64,000 nucleotides of DNA. Source: Steroidobacteraceae bacterium. GTDB lineage: Bacteria > Pseudomonadota > Gammaproteobacteria > Steroidobacterales > Steroidobacteraceae. Position 1 is the first letter of the stretch, and each line of letters begins with the position of its first letter. The notes below the pieces were generated by a model. That model did no database searches, had not been told where the DNA came from, and was given only the letters and a program-made list of their open reading frames with translations. Positions 49,978 to 59,285 of this stretch are shown here, piece by piece. Position numbers and translations under genes: made by a program. The stretch covers positions 34,944 through 98,943 of the forward strand of contig DASUGK010000115.1 of the NCBI GenBank assembly GCA_036274075.1, in the 5' to 3' direction.

Positions 49978-52530
49978 ATGGCTGACAACCTGGTCATCGT
50001 CGAGTCGCCCGCCAAAGCGAAAACCATCAAGAAGTACCTCGGCAAGGATTTCGAGGTGCTCGCTTCGTATGGCCACGTGCGCGACCTCGTGCCGAAGGAA
50101 GGCGCCGTCGATCCCGACAAGCACTTCGAAATGAAGTACCAGTCGATCGAGCGCAACCAGAAACACGTCGACGCCATCGCGCGGGCACTCAAGAAATCCA
50201 AGGCGCTGTACCTCGCGACCGACCCGGACCGCGAAGGCGAGGCGATTTCCTGGCACCTGCGCGAGTTGCTCGCGGAACGCGGCGAGCTCAAGGGCAAGGA
50301 CGTCAAGCGCGTGGTGTTCTACGAGATCACCAAGGGCGAGATCCAGAAAGCCGTGGCTGAGCCGCGCGACCTGTCGCTCGACCTGGTGAACGCGCAGCAG
50401 GCGCGCCGCGCCCTCGACTACCTGGTGGGTTTCAATCTCTCGCCGCTGCTGTGGAAGAAGGTGCGGCGAGGCCTGTCCGCCGGGCGCGTGCAGAGCCCCG
50501 CGCTGCGCATGATCTGCGAGCGCGAGCACGAGATCAGTATCTTCAAGCCGCAGGAATACTGGACGCTGGAAGCCGAGGGCGAACACAGCGCGCAGACGTT
50601 CCCGCTCAAGCTGGTGGAATTCGACGGCAAGAAGGTCGAGCAGTTCAGCTTCACCAATGAAGCGGCGGCGCGCGGCGTCGAGCAGTCCATCAAGGATGCG
50701 GCGCAGGGTTTCCTGCACGTGGTCTCCATCGACCGCAAGCAGCGCCGCCGCAATCCCTCGCCGCCGTTCACCACCTCGACGCTGCAGCAGGAGGCGGCGC
50801 GCAAGCTCGGTTACTCCGCGCAGCGCACGATGCGCCTGGCGCAGCAGCTCTACGAAGGCGTCGACTTCGGCGAAGGCAGCATCGGCCTCATCACCTACAT
50901 GCGTACCGACTCGGTGAACCTGGCCGCCGACGCGGTGCGCGAGATGCGCGAAGTCATCGCGAAGGAATACGGCAAGGAAGCGGTCTCGGAAGAGCCGCGG
51001 GTCTACAAGACCAAGTCACGCAACGCGCAGGAAGCGCACGAAGCCATCCGCCCGACCTCGGCCGCGATCCTGCCGTCGCGCCTGGAAGGCAAGATCGATC
51101 CCGACCAGTACAAGCTTTACGCGCTGATCTGGAAGCGCGCGGTGGCCTCGCAGATGGCGCACGCCCTGTTCGACACTGTCGCGGTGGACATGCGCCCGGG
51201 TTCCGGTGCGGAATCTTCCGCCGGCGGCGGCACGACGCTGCGCGCCAACGGCTCCACGCTCATCAAGCCCGGTTACATGGCCGTCTACCAGGAAGACGTG
51301 GACGACGGCAAACCGGAGAACGAGAGCGACCGCATCCTGCCGGCCATGAAGGACGGCGACGTGGTCACGCTGCTGAACATCCACGGCGACCAGCACTTCA
51401 CCGAGCCGCCGCCGCGTTACTCGGAAGCCTCGCTGGTCAAGGCGCTGGAGGAACACGGCATCGGCCGGCCTTCGACCTACGCCACCATCATCTCGACGCT
51501 CAAGGACCGCGAGTACGTCGACATGGACAACCGGCGGTTCATCCCGACGGACATCGGCAAGATCGTCAACGGCTTCCTGTCCAAGCATTTCCACAAGTAC
51601 GTGGAGTACGGCTTCACCGCCGCGCTAGAGGACGAGCTCGACGCGGTGTCGCGCGGCGAAGAGGACTGGACCCAGCCGCTCAGGAAATTCTGGAAACCCT
51701 TCGTCTCGCAGGTCGACCACGTCGAGAAGAACGTGTCGCGCGAGGAAGTCGCGCAGGCGCGCGAGCTCGGCAAGCACCCGGAGAGCGGCAAGCCGGTCAC
51801 GGTACGCATGGGCCGCTACGGCCCGTTCGTGCAGATCGGTACCAAGGACGACGAGGAGAAACCCAAGTTCGCCGGGTTGCGGCCGGGGCAGAAGATGGAC
51901 CTCATCAAGCTGCCCGAGGCCCTCGAGCTCTTCAAGCTGCCGCGCAAGCTCGGCCAGACCGCCGAGGGTGAACCGGTGGAGGCCAACATCGGGCGTTTCG
52001 GGCCGTACATCAAGTACGGTGCGAAATACGTGTCGCTCAAGCCGCCAGACGATCCCTACACGGTGGAGCTCGACCGCGCGCTCGAGGTCATCCGGCTCAA
52101 GAAGGAAGCGGATGCCAACCGCATCATCCAGGACTTCGGCGTCGACAACATACAGGTGTTGAACGGCCGTTACGGCCCGTACATCACCGACGGCAAGCGC
52201 AACGCGCGCATGCCGAAGGACGCCGATCCGAAAACCATCGCACTCGATTTGTGCCGCGAGCTGCTGGCCGCTGCACCACCACGCGGCAGCCGTTTCGGCC
52301 GCAAGAAGGCCGCCGCGCCCGCCGCGGCCGCGCCGGCTGCAGCGGAAAGCGCAGCAAGCGCCAGGCCGGAAAAGAAATCCGCCAAGGCCGCGGGCAAGGC
52401 GGCGGCGGCCGTTCCCGCAGCGAAGCCGGAGAAGAGAGCGGTAACAAAGAAAAAATCCGCGGCACGCGCCGCCGCGAAATCCGCCACGTCCGTTCCCAGG
52501 AAAGCGCCCGCGAAACGCAAGAAGGCCTGA
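49978..52530 (+). CDS. topA: DNA topoisomerase I with Cys-less C-terminal repeats and a ~77-aa Lys/Ala-rich tail
   Basis: Toprim start LVIVESPAKAKTIKKYLG and active-site region GLITYMRTDS. C-terminal repeats MGRYGPFVQIG, IGRFGPYIKYG and NGRYGPYITDG. Tail ...KKSAKAAGKAAAA...KRKKA. Confidence 0.92.
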   Translation: MADNLVIVESPAKAKTIKKYLGKDFEVLASYGHVRDLVPKEGAVDPDKHFEMKYQSIERNQKHVDAIARALKKSKALYLATDPDREGEAISWHLRELLAERGELKGKDVKRVVFYEITKGEIQKAVAEPRDLSLDLVNAQQARRALDYLVGFNLSPLLWKKVRRGLSAGRVQSPALRMICEREHEISIFKPQEYWTLEAEGEHSAQTFPLKLVEFDGKKVEQFSFTNEAAARGVEQSIKDAAQGFLHVVSIDRKQRRRNPSPPFTTSTLQQEAARKLGYSAQRTMRLAQQLYEGVDFGEGSIGLITYMRTDSVNLAADAVREMREVIAKEYGKEAVSEEPRVYKTKSRNAQEAHEAIRPTSAAILPSRLEGKIDPDQYKLYALIWKRAVASQMAHALFDTVAVDMRPGSGAESSAGGGTTLRANGSTLIKPGYMAVYQEDVDDGKPENESDRILPAMKDGDVVTLLNIHGDQHFTEPPPRYSEASLVKALEEHGIGRPSTYATIISTLKDREYVDMDNRRFIPTDIGKIVNGFLSKHFHKYVEYGFTAALEDELDAVSRGEEDWTQPLRKFWKPFVSQVDHVEKNVSREEVAQARELGKHPESGKPVTVRMGRYGPFVQIGTKDDEEKPKFAGLRPGQKMDLIKLPEALELFKLPRKLGQTAEGEPVEANIGRFGPYIKYGAKYVSLKPPDDPYTVELDRALEVIRLKKEADANRIIQDFGVDNIQVLNGRYGPYITDGKRNARMPKDADPKTIALDLCRELLAAAPPRGSRFGRKKAAAPAAAAPAAAESAASARPEKKSAKAAGKAAAAVPAAKPEKRAVTKKKSAARAAAKSATSVPRKAPAKRKKA

Positions 52531-52760
52531 AGGCTTATGTTCAATTTCGTTCCCCGACGTGATTGAACCCGCGATTGAATTAAGTCGTAGCGCGGAGTAG
52601 CGTCGCCAGCGGGTCCTGGATAACACGGTGCGCGAGCCAAGGAGGTGGCACGCACTGCTCGCGGCATCAAAGAAGAACCGCCGCGTTCCCGAGGCTCTCG
52701 TCTGCGAAGACCTGGCCTTGGCGTGTATCCGGAAAAACAGGTTCTCAGGGGATACATTCA

Positions 52761-55700
52761 ATGAAGAGCAAACGTGTTCGTCACGGCCAGGTAGCTTTGG
52801 CCGTGTGTGGCGCGTTGTTGTCGGCGGGTACGATCGCCGCGGCCGCAGGACCGCGCCCGTTATCCGTCGCCGACACCGCGCGTCTGTCCGCGCTGACGCT
52901 TCCCGAGCCGATCTCCACCGAAGGCAACCTGCCGAAGGTGCTGCACCCGAGCCTCGCCGGCCTGACCGGCAGGCACGAAGTGCTGATCCGCCTCGGTGGC
53001 CAGTCGGTCGCGGGATCCGACGAGTCGCGCTCACGGGAGGACGTGGCCGCCGAACAGGCTGCCGCCGTCGACCGCATCCTCGCGGTCGCTCCGAGCGCCG
53101 ATGTGCGCGCCTCGCTGCAGCTGGCGCTGAACGCCGTGGTGATGAGCGTCGATGCCGCCGATCTGCCGGCGATCGCACGCGACACCGCCATCACGCGCAT
53201 CGTCGGTGTCTCTAACTACAGCCAGGACCTCTCCGAGACGGTGCCGTACATCGGCGCCGACACGGCGCATGCCCTCGGCGCCCGCGGCCAGGGTGTACGC
53301 GTCGCGGTCATCGACAGCGGCGTCGACTACACGCATGCCGCGCTCGGCGGCCCCGGCACGCAGGCCGCGTACGAAGCCGCGTGGGCGCCACTGCCGCCGG
53401 CGGGCGCACCGGCCATCCCGGTGCTGACCAGCGGCGGTTACCTCGTGGTCGACGACCCGGCGACGGCCGCGGACAACGGCCTGTTCCCGAGCTCCAAGAT
53501 CATCGGCGGCTACGACTTCGTCGGTGAGCGCTGGCCGAACAACGCCCCTCCGGGCGGTGTCTCGTTCCTCGAACCCGATCCGGATCCGATCGCGGCGCCC
53601 GACGCCACCACCTTCGGTGGCCACGGCACGCACGTGTCCGACATCATCGCCGGCAAGCTCGGCGTGGCCCCGGCCGCCAAGATCGTCGCGATCAAGGCGT
53701 GCTCGGCCCCGGCGACCTCTTGCAGCGGCACCGCGCTGCTGCAGGCGATGGACTTCGCGCTCGATCCGAACCAGGACGGCCGCATCCGCGACCGCGTGGA
53801 CATCATCAACATGTCGCTGGGTTCGCCGTATGGCCAGCCCTTCGACGACGACCTGTCCGAAGCCGTGGACAACGCCTCGAAAGTGGGTGTGTTGACCGTG
53901 GCCTCGGCCGGCAACAGCGCCGACAAGCAGTTCATCACGGGTTCGCCCGCGGCTGCTTCCTCGGCACTGAGCGTCGCGCAGACCGCGGTTCCCTCGGCCA
54001 CGCTGCAGCTGATGACGGTGACGTCGCCGCCTGCGGGTGACAAGGGCGCGGTCTTCCAGCCCTGGTCGGCGCCGCTGACCACGGTCATCGAAGGCGCGGT
54101 GTTCTACCCACCGACCACCGGCGGCAAGCGCATCGGCTGCGCGGATGCCAACGGCGCCAACCCGTTCGCACCCGGTGAACTGCAGGGCATGATCGTGCTC
54201 GTCGATCGCGGCACCTGCTCGTTCAGCCTCAAGATCTCCAACATCGCGGCGGCGGGCGGACGGCTCGGCATCATCGGCCTGATCACCCCGGATGCTCCGT
54301 TCGGCGGTGCGTTCGGCGGCGGCACGCCTACGATCCCGGGCTACATGATCAGCCAGGCGGACGCGAACCTGCTGCGCACCGGCACGGGTGCCGTGCGCTT
54401 CGATCCCGCCAACCTGGCGGATCTCGCCGGATCGCTGGCCTCCACGTCCTCGCGCGGTCCGCGCTTCGACGACAACATCGTGAAGCCGGAAATCGGCGCG
54501 CCCGGCGCGTCGGTGTCGGCGATGTCGGGCAGCTTCACCGGGACCGCCGCGTTCGGCGGCACCTCGGGTGCGGCACCGATGGTCACGGGTGCGGCGGCCA
54601 TCCTCAAGGCGGCACGTCCGTTCCTCTCGGCCACAGACATCAAGCAACTGCTGATCAATACCGCGCAGACCGAGGTGTACCAGCCGTCGTCGTCGGCCAC
54701 CGTCCTGCCGGACCAGCTCGCCCCGATCACCCGTATCGGTGGTGGCGAAGTCCGCGTGGATCGTGCACTGCTCTCGCCGGTGATCGTCCACGACATCACC
54801 GGTGACAAGGTCTCGCGAGTCCACGGCGCCATGAGCTTCGGACTGCTCGATGCCTCGAAGGGCAACCACGTCCTGCAGCGCAAGTTGCAGGTCGAGAACC
54901 GCACGTTCTTCCCGCTGGTGTACAAGGTGACGCCGACGCTGCGTTACCAGGACGACAAGGACACGGGCGCGGTGAGCATGTCGGTCAGCCCATCGACTAT
55001 TGTCGTGCACCCCTTCGGCAAGACCCAGGTCAACGTGAAGCTCACGGTGGACGGCACCAAGCTGCGCGACAGCCAGATGAACGCCGGTTCGCGCGGCAAT
55101 GCCATCGGGCCCCTGACGACCAACGAGTACGACGGCTACGTCGTGTTCCAGGGCGCGCACCACAAGGTGACGATGCCGTGGCACATCCTGCCGCGTAAGT
55201 CGGCCGAGGTCGTGGCGAAGCTGCCTGGCAACAAGCTGAAGATCGATCCGAACACCGGCACGGGAACCGTCGCCCTCGAGAACAAGGGCGTCGGCACGGC
55301 GCAGATCTTCGCGTACTCGATGCTGGGCACGGGTCCGGACACTCCGGGGGGCGAGCGTGGCGCCGGGGAGCCGAATCCCACGATTCGTGCGGCCGCGGTC
55401 AACACGTTCCTGACTCCGGCCGGGCAGGTCTGCAGCGTGAATCCGAACTTCGTCTGGGAGTTCGTGTTCAACATGCACGAGCGCAAGGCCTCGCCGGTGG
55501 GCACGATCCACGAGGTCGACATCGACGTGAACGGCGACGGACTGGATGACTTCTTCGTCATCAACCAGGACGTCGGCGGCATCACGGCGCTCAGCGATGG
55601 CCGCCAGGTCACGGCGGTGATCAATGCCGCGACCGGCGCCAGCATCGCGCGGTTCTTCGTCGAACACGGCACCAACTCGTCGAACGTGATCCTGCGTGTC

Positions 55701-56036
55701 TGCGGCAGCGACATGGGCCTCACGCAGGCGGCGATCGGCACGCCGATGACGCTGAACTACTTCGCGTACAGCTGGTACTTCGGTGGCGAAACCTCGCACC
55801 TCGGTCCGTTCAAGGCCACGCCGTTCGGTGAGGAATTCACCGCGGTGGTGCCGGGAGATTCGCTGGCCTACAAGCAGAAGGCGGATCTCGCGGTCAACCA
55901 GTGGGCCCTGTTCCCGGGTACCGACCCGGCCGCGGGTGTACTGCTGATCAACAACAGCGACTTCACGTTCTTCGGCCTGTCCGCGAATACGGGCGGCGCC
56001 ACGCGTGCAACAGAGGCGACTCTGCTGCCGCGCTGA
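52761..56036 (+). CDS. large secreted S8 (subtilisin) family peptidase with an inserted PA-like domain
   Basis: Signal peptide. Triad motifs VAVIDSGVDYTH, GHGTHVSDIIAG and GGTSGAAPMVTGAAA, with oxyanion motif ASAGNSA. A PA-like insert (GMIVLVDRGTCSFSLKISN) lies between Asn and Ser. Long C-terminal beta-rich region. Confidence 0.85.
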   Translation: MKSKRVRHGQVALAVCGALLSAGTIAAAAGPRPLSVADTARLSALTLPEPISTEGNLPKVLHPSLAGLTGRHEVLIRLGGQSVAGSDESRSREDVAAEQAAAVDRILAVAPSADVRASLQLALNAVVMSVDAADLPAIARDTAITRIVGVSNYSQDLSETVPYIGADTAHALGARGQGVRVAVIDSGVDYTHAALGGPGTQAAYEAAWAPLPPAGAPAIPVLTSGGYLVVDDPATAADNGLFPSSKIIGGYDFVGERWPNNAPPGGVSFLEPDPDPIAAPDATTFGGHGTHVSDIIAGKLGVAPAAKIVAIKACSAPATSCSGTALLQAMDFALDPNQDGRIRDRVDIINMSLGSPYGQPFDDDLSEAVDNASKVGVLTVASAGNSADKQFITGSPAAASSALSVAQTAVPSATLQLMTVTSPPAGDKGAVFQPWSAPLTTVIEGAVFYPPTTGGKRIGCADANGANPFAPGELQGMIVLVDRGTCSFSLKISNIAAAGGRLGIIGLITPDAPFGGAFGGGTPTIPGYMISQADANLLRTGTGAVRFDPANLADLAGSLASTSSRGPRFDDNIVKPEIGAPGASVSAMSGSFTGTAAFGGTSGAAPMVTGAAAILKAARPFLSATDIKQLLINTAQTEVYQPSSSATVLPDQLAPITRIGGGEVRVDRALLSPVIVHDITGDKVSRVHGAMSFGLLDASKGNHVLQRKLQVENRTFFPLVYKVTPTLRYQDDKDTGAVSMSVSPSTIVVHPFGKTQVNVKLTVDGTKLRDSQMNAGSRGNAIGPLTTNEYDGYVVFQGAHHKVTMPWHILPRKSAEVVAKLPGNKLKIDPNTGTGTVALENKGVGTAQIFAYSMLGTGPDTPGGERGAGEPNPTIRAAAVNTFLTPAGQVCSVNPNFVWEFVFNMHERKASPVGTIHEVDIDVNGDGLDDFFVINQDVGGITALSDGRQVTAVINAATGASIARFFVEHGTNSSNVILRVCGSDMGLTQAAIGTPMTLNYFAYSWYFGGETSHLGPFKATPFGEEFTAVVPGDSLAYKQKADLAVNQWALFPGTDPAAGVLLINNSDFTFFGLSANTGGATRATEATLLPR

Positions 56037-56063
56037 AGACCGGAAGATCTTGCGATGCCATTG

Positions 56064-56097
56064 GGCCCCCGCGGGAAACCGCGGGGGCCTTTTTATT
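56064..56097 (+). terminator. rho-independent terminator after the large S8 peptidase gene
   Basis: GGCCCCCGCGG-GAAA-CCGCGGGGGCC stem-loop (11-bp GC stem, GAAA loop) followed by TTTTTATT. Confidence 0.85.
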
Positions 56098-56566
56098 CGC
56101 GGATGCCGGTCCGCTCGACGCGCGCGATGAAACAACCCGCCTCGGCATGACGCAGGTGGATCCATTCGGCCTGCGACGACGCAAACAACCGTTCGATCTG
56201 CGCCTCGGGCGGCAGGCCATTGCCCGTAACGAGTTCGGTAACGCGGCTGCCGGCGGCGCGCGCCTCGAAGGCCAGCGGCAGCGCGCGCAGGCCTTCGGGA
56301 AAACCCGCCCCGGAGAATGCGCGGCAGTGTTCCGCGTGGATGAACACCGGGCCGGGCGCCATGAGGGTGCCGTCGCGCGCCGCGGGCCGATAGGTGAACA
56401 GCAGGCGCGAGTCGCGCCCCACCTCGAAGGGTTGCAGGCAGCAGCGGCAGGGGCCGGTGCCGCGCGCCATTTCCAGCTGCGCGGCATGGCCGTATCCCGG
56501 CGACACATGCGTGCGGCGCACTTCATCGGCCAGTTCCTGCGGGATCGAAAACACGGCGTATGACAT
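56093..56566 (-). CDS. DUF1203 domain protein
   Basis: 157 aa containing the GPCRCCLQPF motif I associate with DUF1203. Confidence 0.6.
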   Translation of the reverse strand: MSYAVFSIPQELADEVRRTHVSPGYGHAAQLEMARGTGPCRCCLQPFEVGRDSRLLFTYRPAARDGTLMAPGPVFIHAEHCRAFSGAGFPEGLRALPLAFEARAAGSRVTELVTGNGLPPEAQIERLFASSQAEWIHLRHAEAGCFIARVERTGIRE

Positions 56567-56650
56567 GGCTGACTCCTCGTGGGAGCAGCGTGAATCAACG
56601 TGGTTGCGCGGGCGACCCGGAGCTTGCGGACTTGCCGGCCGCGGCAGGAA

Positions 56651-57154
56651 TCAACGGTCCGGCGTGGTGGGTGGCGGCCCGGCTCGTGGCTCGACACCTT
56701 CGGGCGCGCGCTGGCGCGCATCGTCGATCGGGCGCTGGCCCGGCTTGGGCGAGGCGCAGTTGACGACGTTGCCGCGGCTGTCGGTGTGATAGAGCAGCTC
56801 GCCTCCGGTGGTCTTGGCCGTGACACGGAATCCCTCGACGAGCATCTGCGTGTACATGCGCCCGGGCTCCGGGCAACCCAGCGAACCGTCAGGCCACGTG
56901 ACCTGCTCGGCGCGCGTCAGCACCACGGCACTCTCCGCCACCTTGAAACGCCTGGCCGCGTCGGCCACCACTGCGCGCCGCACTTCGCGTGGAATCGACG
57001 CCGTCGTTACCTGCTGGCCGGTGGGCGCCAGCACGGCCTGTTCGGGATCGGGGATGCGCGTGGGCGGAGCGACTCCGGCTCCCTTGGGCCGCACGTCACC
57101 GGCGCAGGCCGCGGTCGCCGCGAAAACGGTCAACAGGATCAGCTTACGCAACAT
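56651..57154 (-). CDS. hypothetical lipoprotein
   Basis: N-terminus MLRKLILLTVFAATAACAG gives a signal peptide plus lipobox. No family recognised. Confidence 0.55.
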   Translation of the reverse strand: MLRKLILLTVFAATAACAGDVRPKGAGVAPPTRIPDPEQAVLAPTGQQVTTASIPREVRRAVVADAARRFKVAESAVVLTRAEQVTWPDGSLGCPEPGRMYTQMLVEGFRVTAKTTGGELLYHTDSRGNVVNCASPKPGQRPIDDARQRAPEGVEPRAGPPPTTPDR

Positions 57155-57210
57155 GGCCTCGCACCTCCGGCCGACAGTGTATAAACGGCGCGGCGCATGA
57201 AAAGGGTCTC

Positions 57211-58041
57211 ATGAAATACCGCCACCAGTACCACGCCGGCAACTTCGCCGACGTCCACAAACACGTGCTGTTGCTCGACATCCTCGGCGCGCTCACGCGC
57301 AAGGACAAGGGCCTGCTGTTCGTGGACACGCACGCGGGCCGTGGCATGTACGAGCTGTATCCGGGCGATGCGCAGCACCCGGCCGAATGGCAGGCTGGCG
57401 CCGCGAAACTGCTGGCCGCGAAACCGCGGCACGAGGGGCTGGCGCGCTACCGCGAACTGGTGGCCACGGGTGTGCGCGGTGCCAGCCTGCATTACAGGGG
57501 TTCACCGCTGCTCGCCATGCAGCTGCTGCGCTCGCAGGATCGCGCCGTGTTCTTCGAGACCCAGCGCGACGAGGCTGGCCAGCTGCGCAAGTCGCTCGGG
57601 GGCGCCGCGCGCGCGCGCGTGGAGAGCACCGACGGCTTCGCGGGATTGCGCGCGTTGCTGCCGCCACCCGAGCGGCGCGGCTGCATCCTCGTCGATCCGC
57701 CGTTCGAGGAACGCGCCGACTACGCGCGCATGCATGACGCCACGGTCGACGCCCTGCAACGCTTCGAGACCGCGGTGCTGGTGTTGTGGCTGCCGGTCAA
57801 GCTGCGCGGCGACTTCGATCACTGGTTCGCCTCGCTGGCGCGCGCGGTGTCGCGGCCGCTGCTGGCCTCCCTGCTGTGGGTGCTGCCGCCCGACTCGCGC
57901 GCCGCGCTCAACGGCTCGGCGCTCGTGGTGGCGAACCCGCCCTATCTACTCGAGGAAGGCATGCGCGAATGGCTGCCGGAACTGCAGGCGCTGCTCGCGG
58001 GCGCGCAGGGCGGCTCCGAGATGCTGGTGCGCGGCGCCTGA
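57211..58041 (+). CDS. rlmJ: 23S rRNA (adenine2030-N6)-methyltransferase
   Basis: N-terminus MKYRHQYHAGNFADVHKHVLL and the DPPFE motif, both typical of RlmJ. Confidence 0.85.
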   Translation: MKYRHQYHAGNFADVHKHVLLLDILGALTRKDKGLLFVDTHAGRGMYELYPGDAQHPAEWQAGAAKLLAAKPRHEGLARYRELVATGVRGASLHYRGSPLLAMQLLRSQDRAVFFETQRDEAGQLRKSLGGAARARVESTDGFAGLRALLPPPERRGCILVDPPFEERADYARMHDATVDALQRFETAVLVLWLPVKLRGDFDHWFASLARAVSRPLLASLLWVLPPDSRAALNGSALVVANPPYLLEEGMREWLPELQALLAGAQGGSEMLVRGA

Positions 58042-58059
58042 CACCCGCGCGCCGCCGGC

Positions 58060-58716
58060 TCACTCGACGCCGGCGACGACGGTGCGTTCCAGCGCTTCAC
58101 TCGGCGCCGCGCCGCGCGACAGCACCGCCACGGCGCCATTCCCCGCCGGGAGCAACACGCCGCGGAAGCCGTGCTCCGAGAATTCTCGGCGCGCCGCGAC
58201 TTTCTCGTGGGCCAGCAGCATCACCGTCATCGGACCCTCGTCGGTCTGCACGACGAAGTGTGGCACCTGCCGGCCATGGAACGGACAGGCCATGGCATAG
58301 ACCACGGGCAGCTTGCTGTCGAACTTCACGCCCGCCTGTTGCAGCACCGAGTCGATGTCCGCCTCGGACAGGACCTGCTGCCGGTCCCAACTACCGGCCT
58401 CGTGCAGCACGTGGCTGGTCACCTCGCCCGCCAGCGCCGGCCGCGGATTCAGCCACCAGGCGCCGCCCGCCAGCAGCAGCGCCAGCACCATCGAGGCCGC
58501 GAGCGCGAAGCGGCGCGAGCGGACCTGCGGGCGCGCGCGGAAATGCGTGAGCGGGACTTCCAGCGCGCTGCGCACGCGCGCGTCGAGCGACACGGTCTCG
58601 TCGCGGAAGCGGCGGCAGTCGGCGCAGCCGGCGAGATGCGTCTCGACTTCGGCGGGCAGCTCGTGCGGCGCCGCGCCGATGTGCAGCCGTGCGTGGCGGC
58701 AGTCCGTGGTGTTCAT
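58060..58716 (-). CDS. zinc-binding anti-sigma factor (ZAS N-terminus, DUF3379-like C-terminus)
   Basis: ATGA overlap with the sigma gene. H-x3-C-x2-C motif (THLAGCADC). One TM segment. Confidence 0.7.
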   Translation of the reverse strand: MNTTDCRHARLHIGAAPHELPAEVETHLAGCADCRRFRDETVSLDARVRSALEVPLTHFRARPQVRSRRFALAASMVLALLLAGGAWWLNPRPALAGEVTSHVLHEAGSWDRQQVLSEADIDSVLQQAGVKFDSKLPVVYAMACPFHGRQVPHFVVQTDEGPMTVMLLAHEKVAARREFSEHGFRGVLLPAGNGAVAVLSRGAAPSEALERTVVAGVE

Positions 58717-59237
58717 TCCACGTCCTCCGCGGGTTCGAGCCCATATATGGTGCGCAGGCGGTTGCGCGCCCGGAACAGGCGCGTCAGCACGGCTGCCTGG
58801 GTGAGCCCGAGCTCGGCGGCGATCTCGGCGGTGGAGAATCCGCCTAACACCTGCATCACCAGCGGTTCACGATATTCGCCAGGCAGTTGCATGATCGCGC
58901 CGCGCAGGTCCTGCAGGCCCGCGTCGCCCTCGGAGGCCAGCGCCGGGTCGCCCAGCGCCTCGACGCTGTCGACGTCCACGGTGGGCAGGCGCTTGCGCTC
59001 GTAGAGCCGGGCGTGTTCGCGGCGCACGATGGTGAACAGCCACGGCCGGGCCGACGCGGGATCCTTGAGCTCCTCGCGCGACTTCCAGGCCCTGATCAGC
59101 GTCTCCTGCACCACGTCCTCCGCCACCGACCGATCACGCGCCAGCCAGCAGGCAAAACGCAGCAGGTCCGGCCGCAACATCTCGAGCAGCCGCGTGAAAG
59201 GCGCAGCCCCCGACATTCCGCGCGGGGCCGGCTTCAT
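58713..59237 (-). CDS. ECF-type RNA polymerase sigma factor
   Basis: Region 2 VAEDVVQETLIRAW and region 4 LPGEYREPLVMQVLGGFSTAEIAAELGLTQAAVLTRLFRARNRL. Confidence 0.85.
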   Translation of the reverse strand: MKPAPRGMSGAAPFTRLLEMLRPDLLRFACWLARDRSVAEDVVQETLIRAWKSREELKDPASARPWLFTIVRREHARLYERKRLPTVDVDSVEALGDPALASEGDAGLQDLRGAIMQLPGEYREPLVMQVLGGFSTAEIAAELGLTQAAVLTRLFRARNRLRTIYGLEPAEDVE

Positions 59238-59285
59238 GTATAAGACCGGCCGGATGGGCCGCTTATTTCAGCTTTCATTTCAGCG

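Noticed and set aside
53031-56165. Very long antisense or out-of-frame ORFs. Examples are 53031-56165 (-, 1044 aa), 9741-11441 (-), 59942-61891 (-), 7879-9663 (-), 29230-31335 (-) and 41375-43405 (-).
   Set aside because: These are typical stop-codon-poor shadow frames of G+C-rich DNA. The translations are Arg/Ala/Gly/Pro-rich with no motifs. Each lies opposite or out of frame to a gene with clear family motifs and GC3-rich codon usage.
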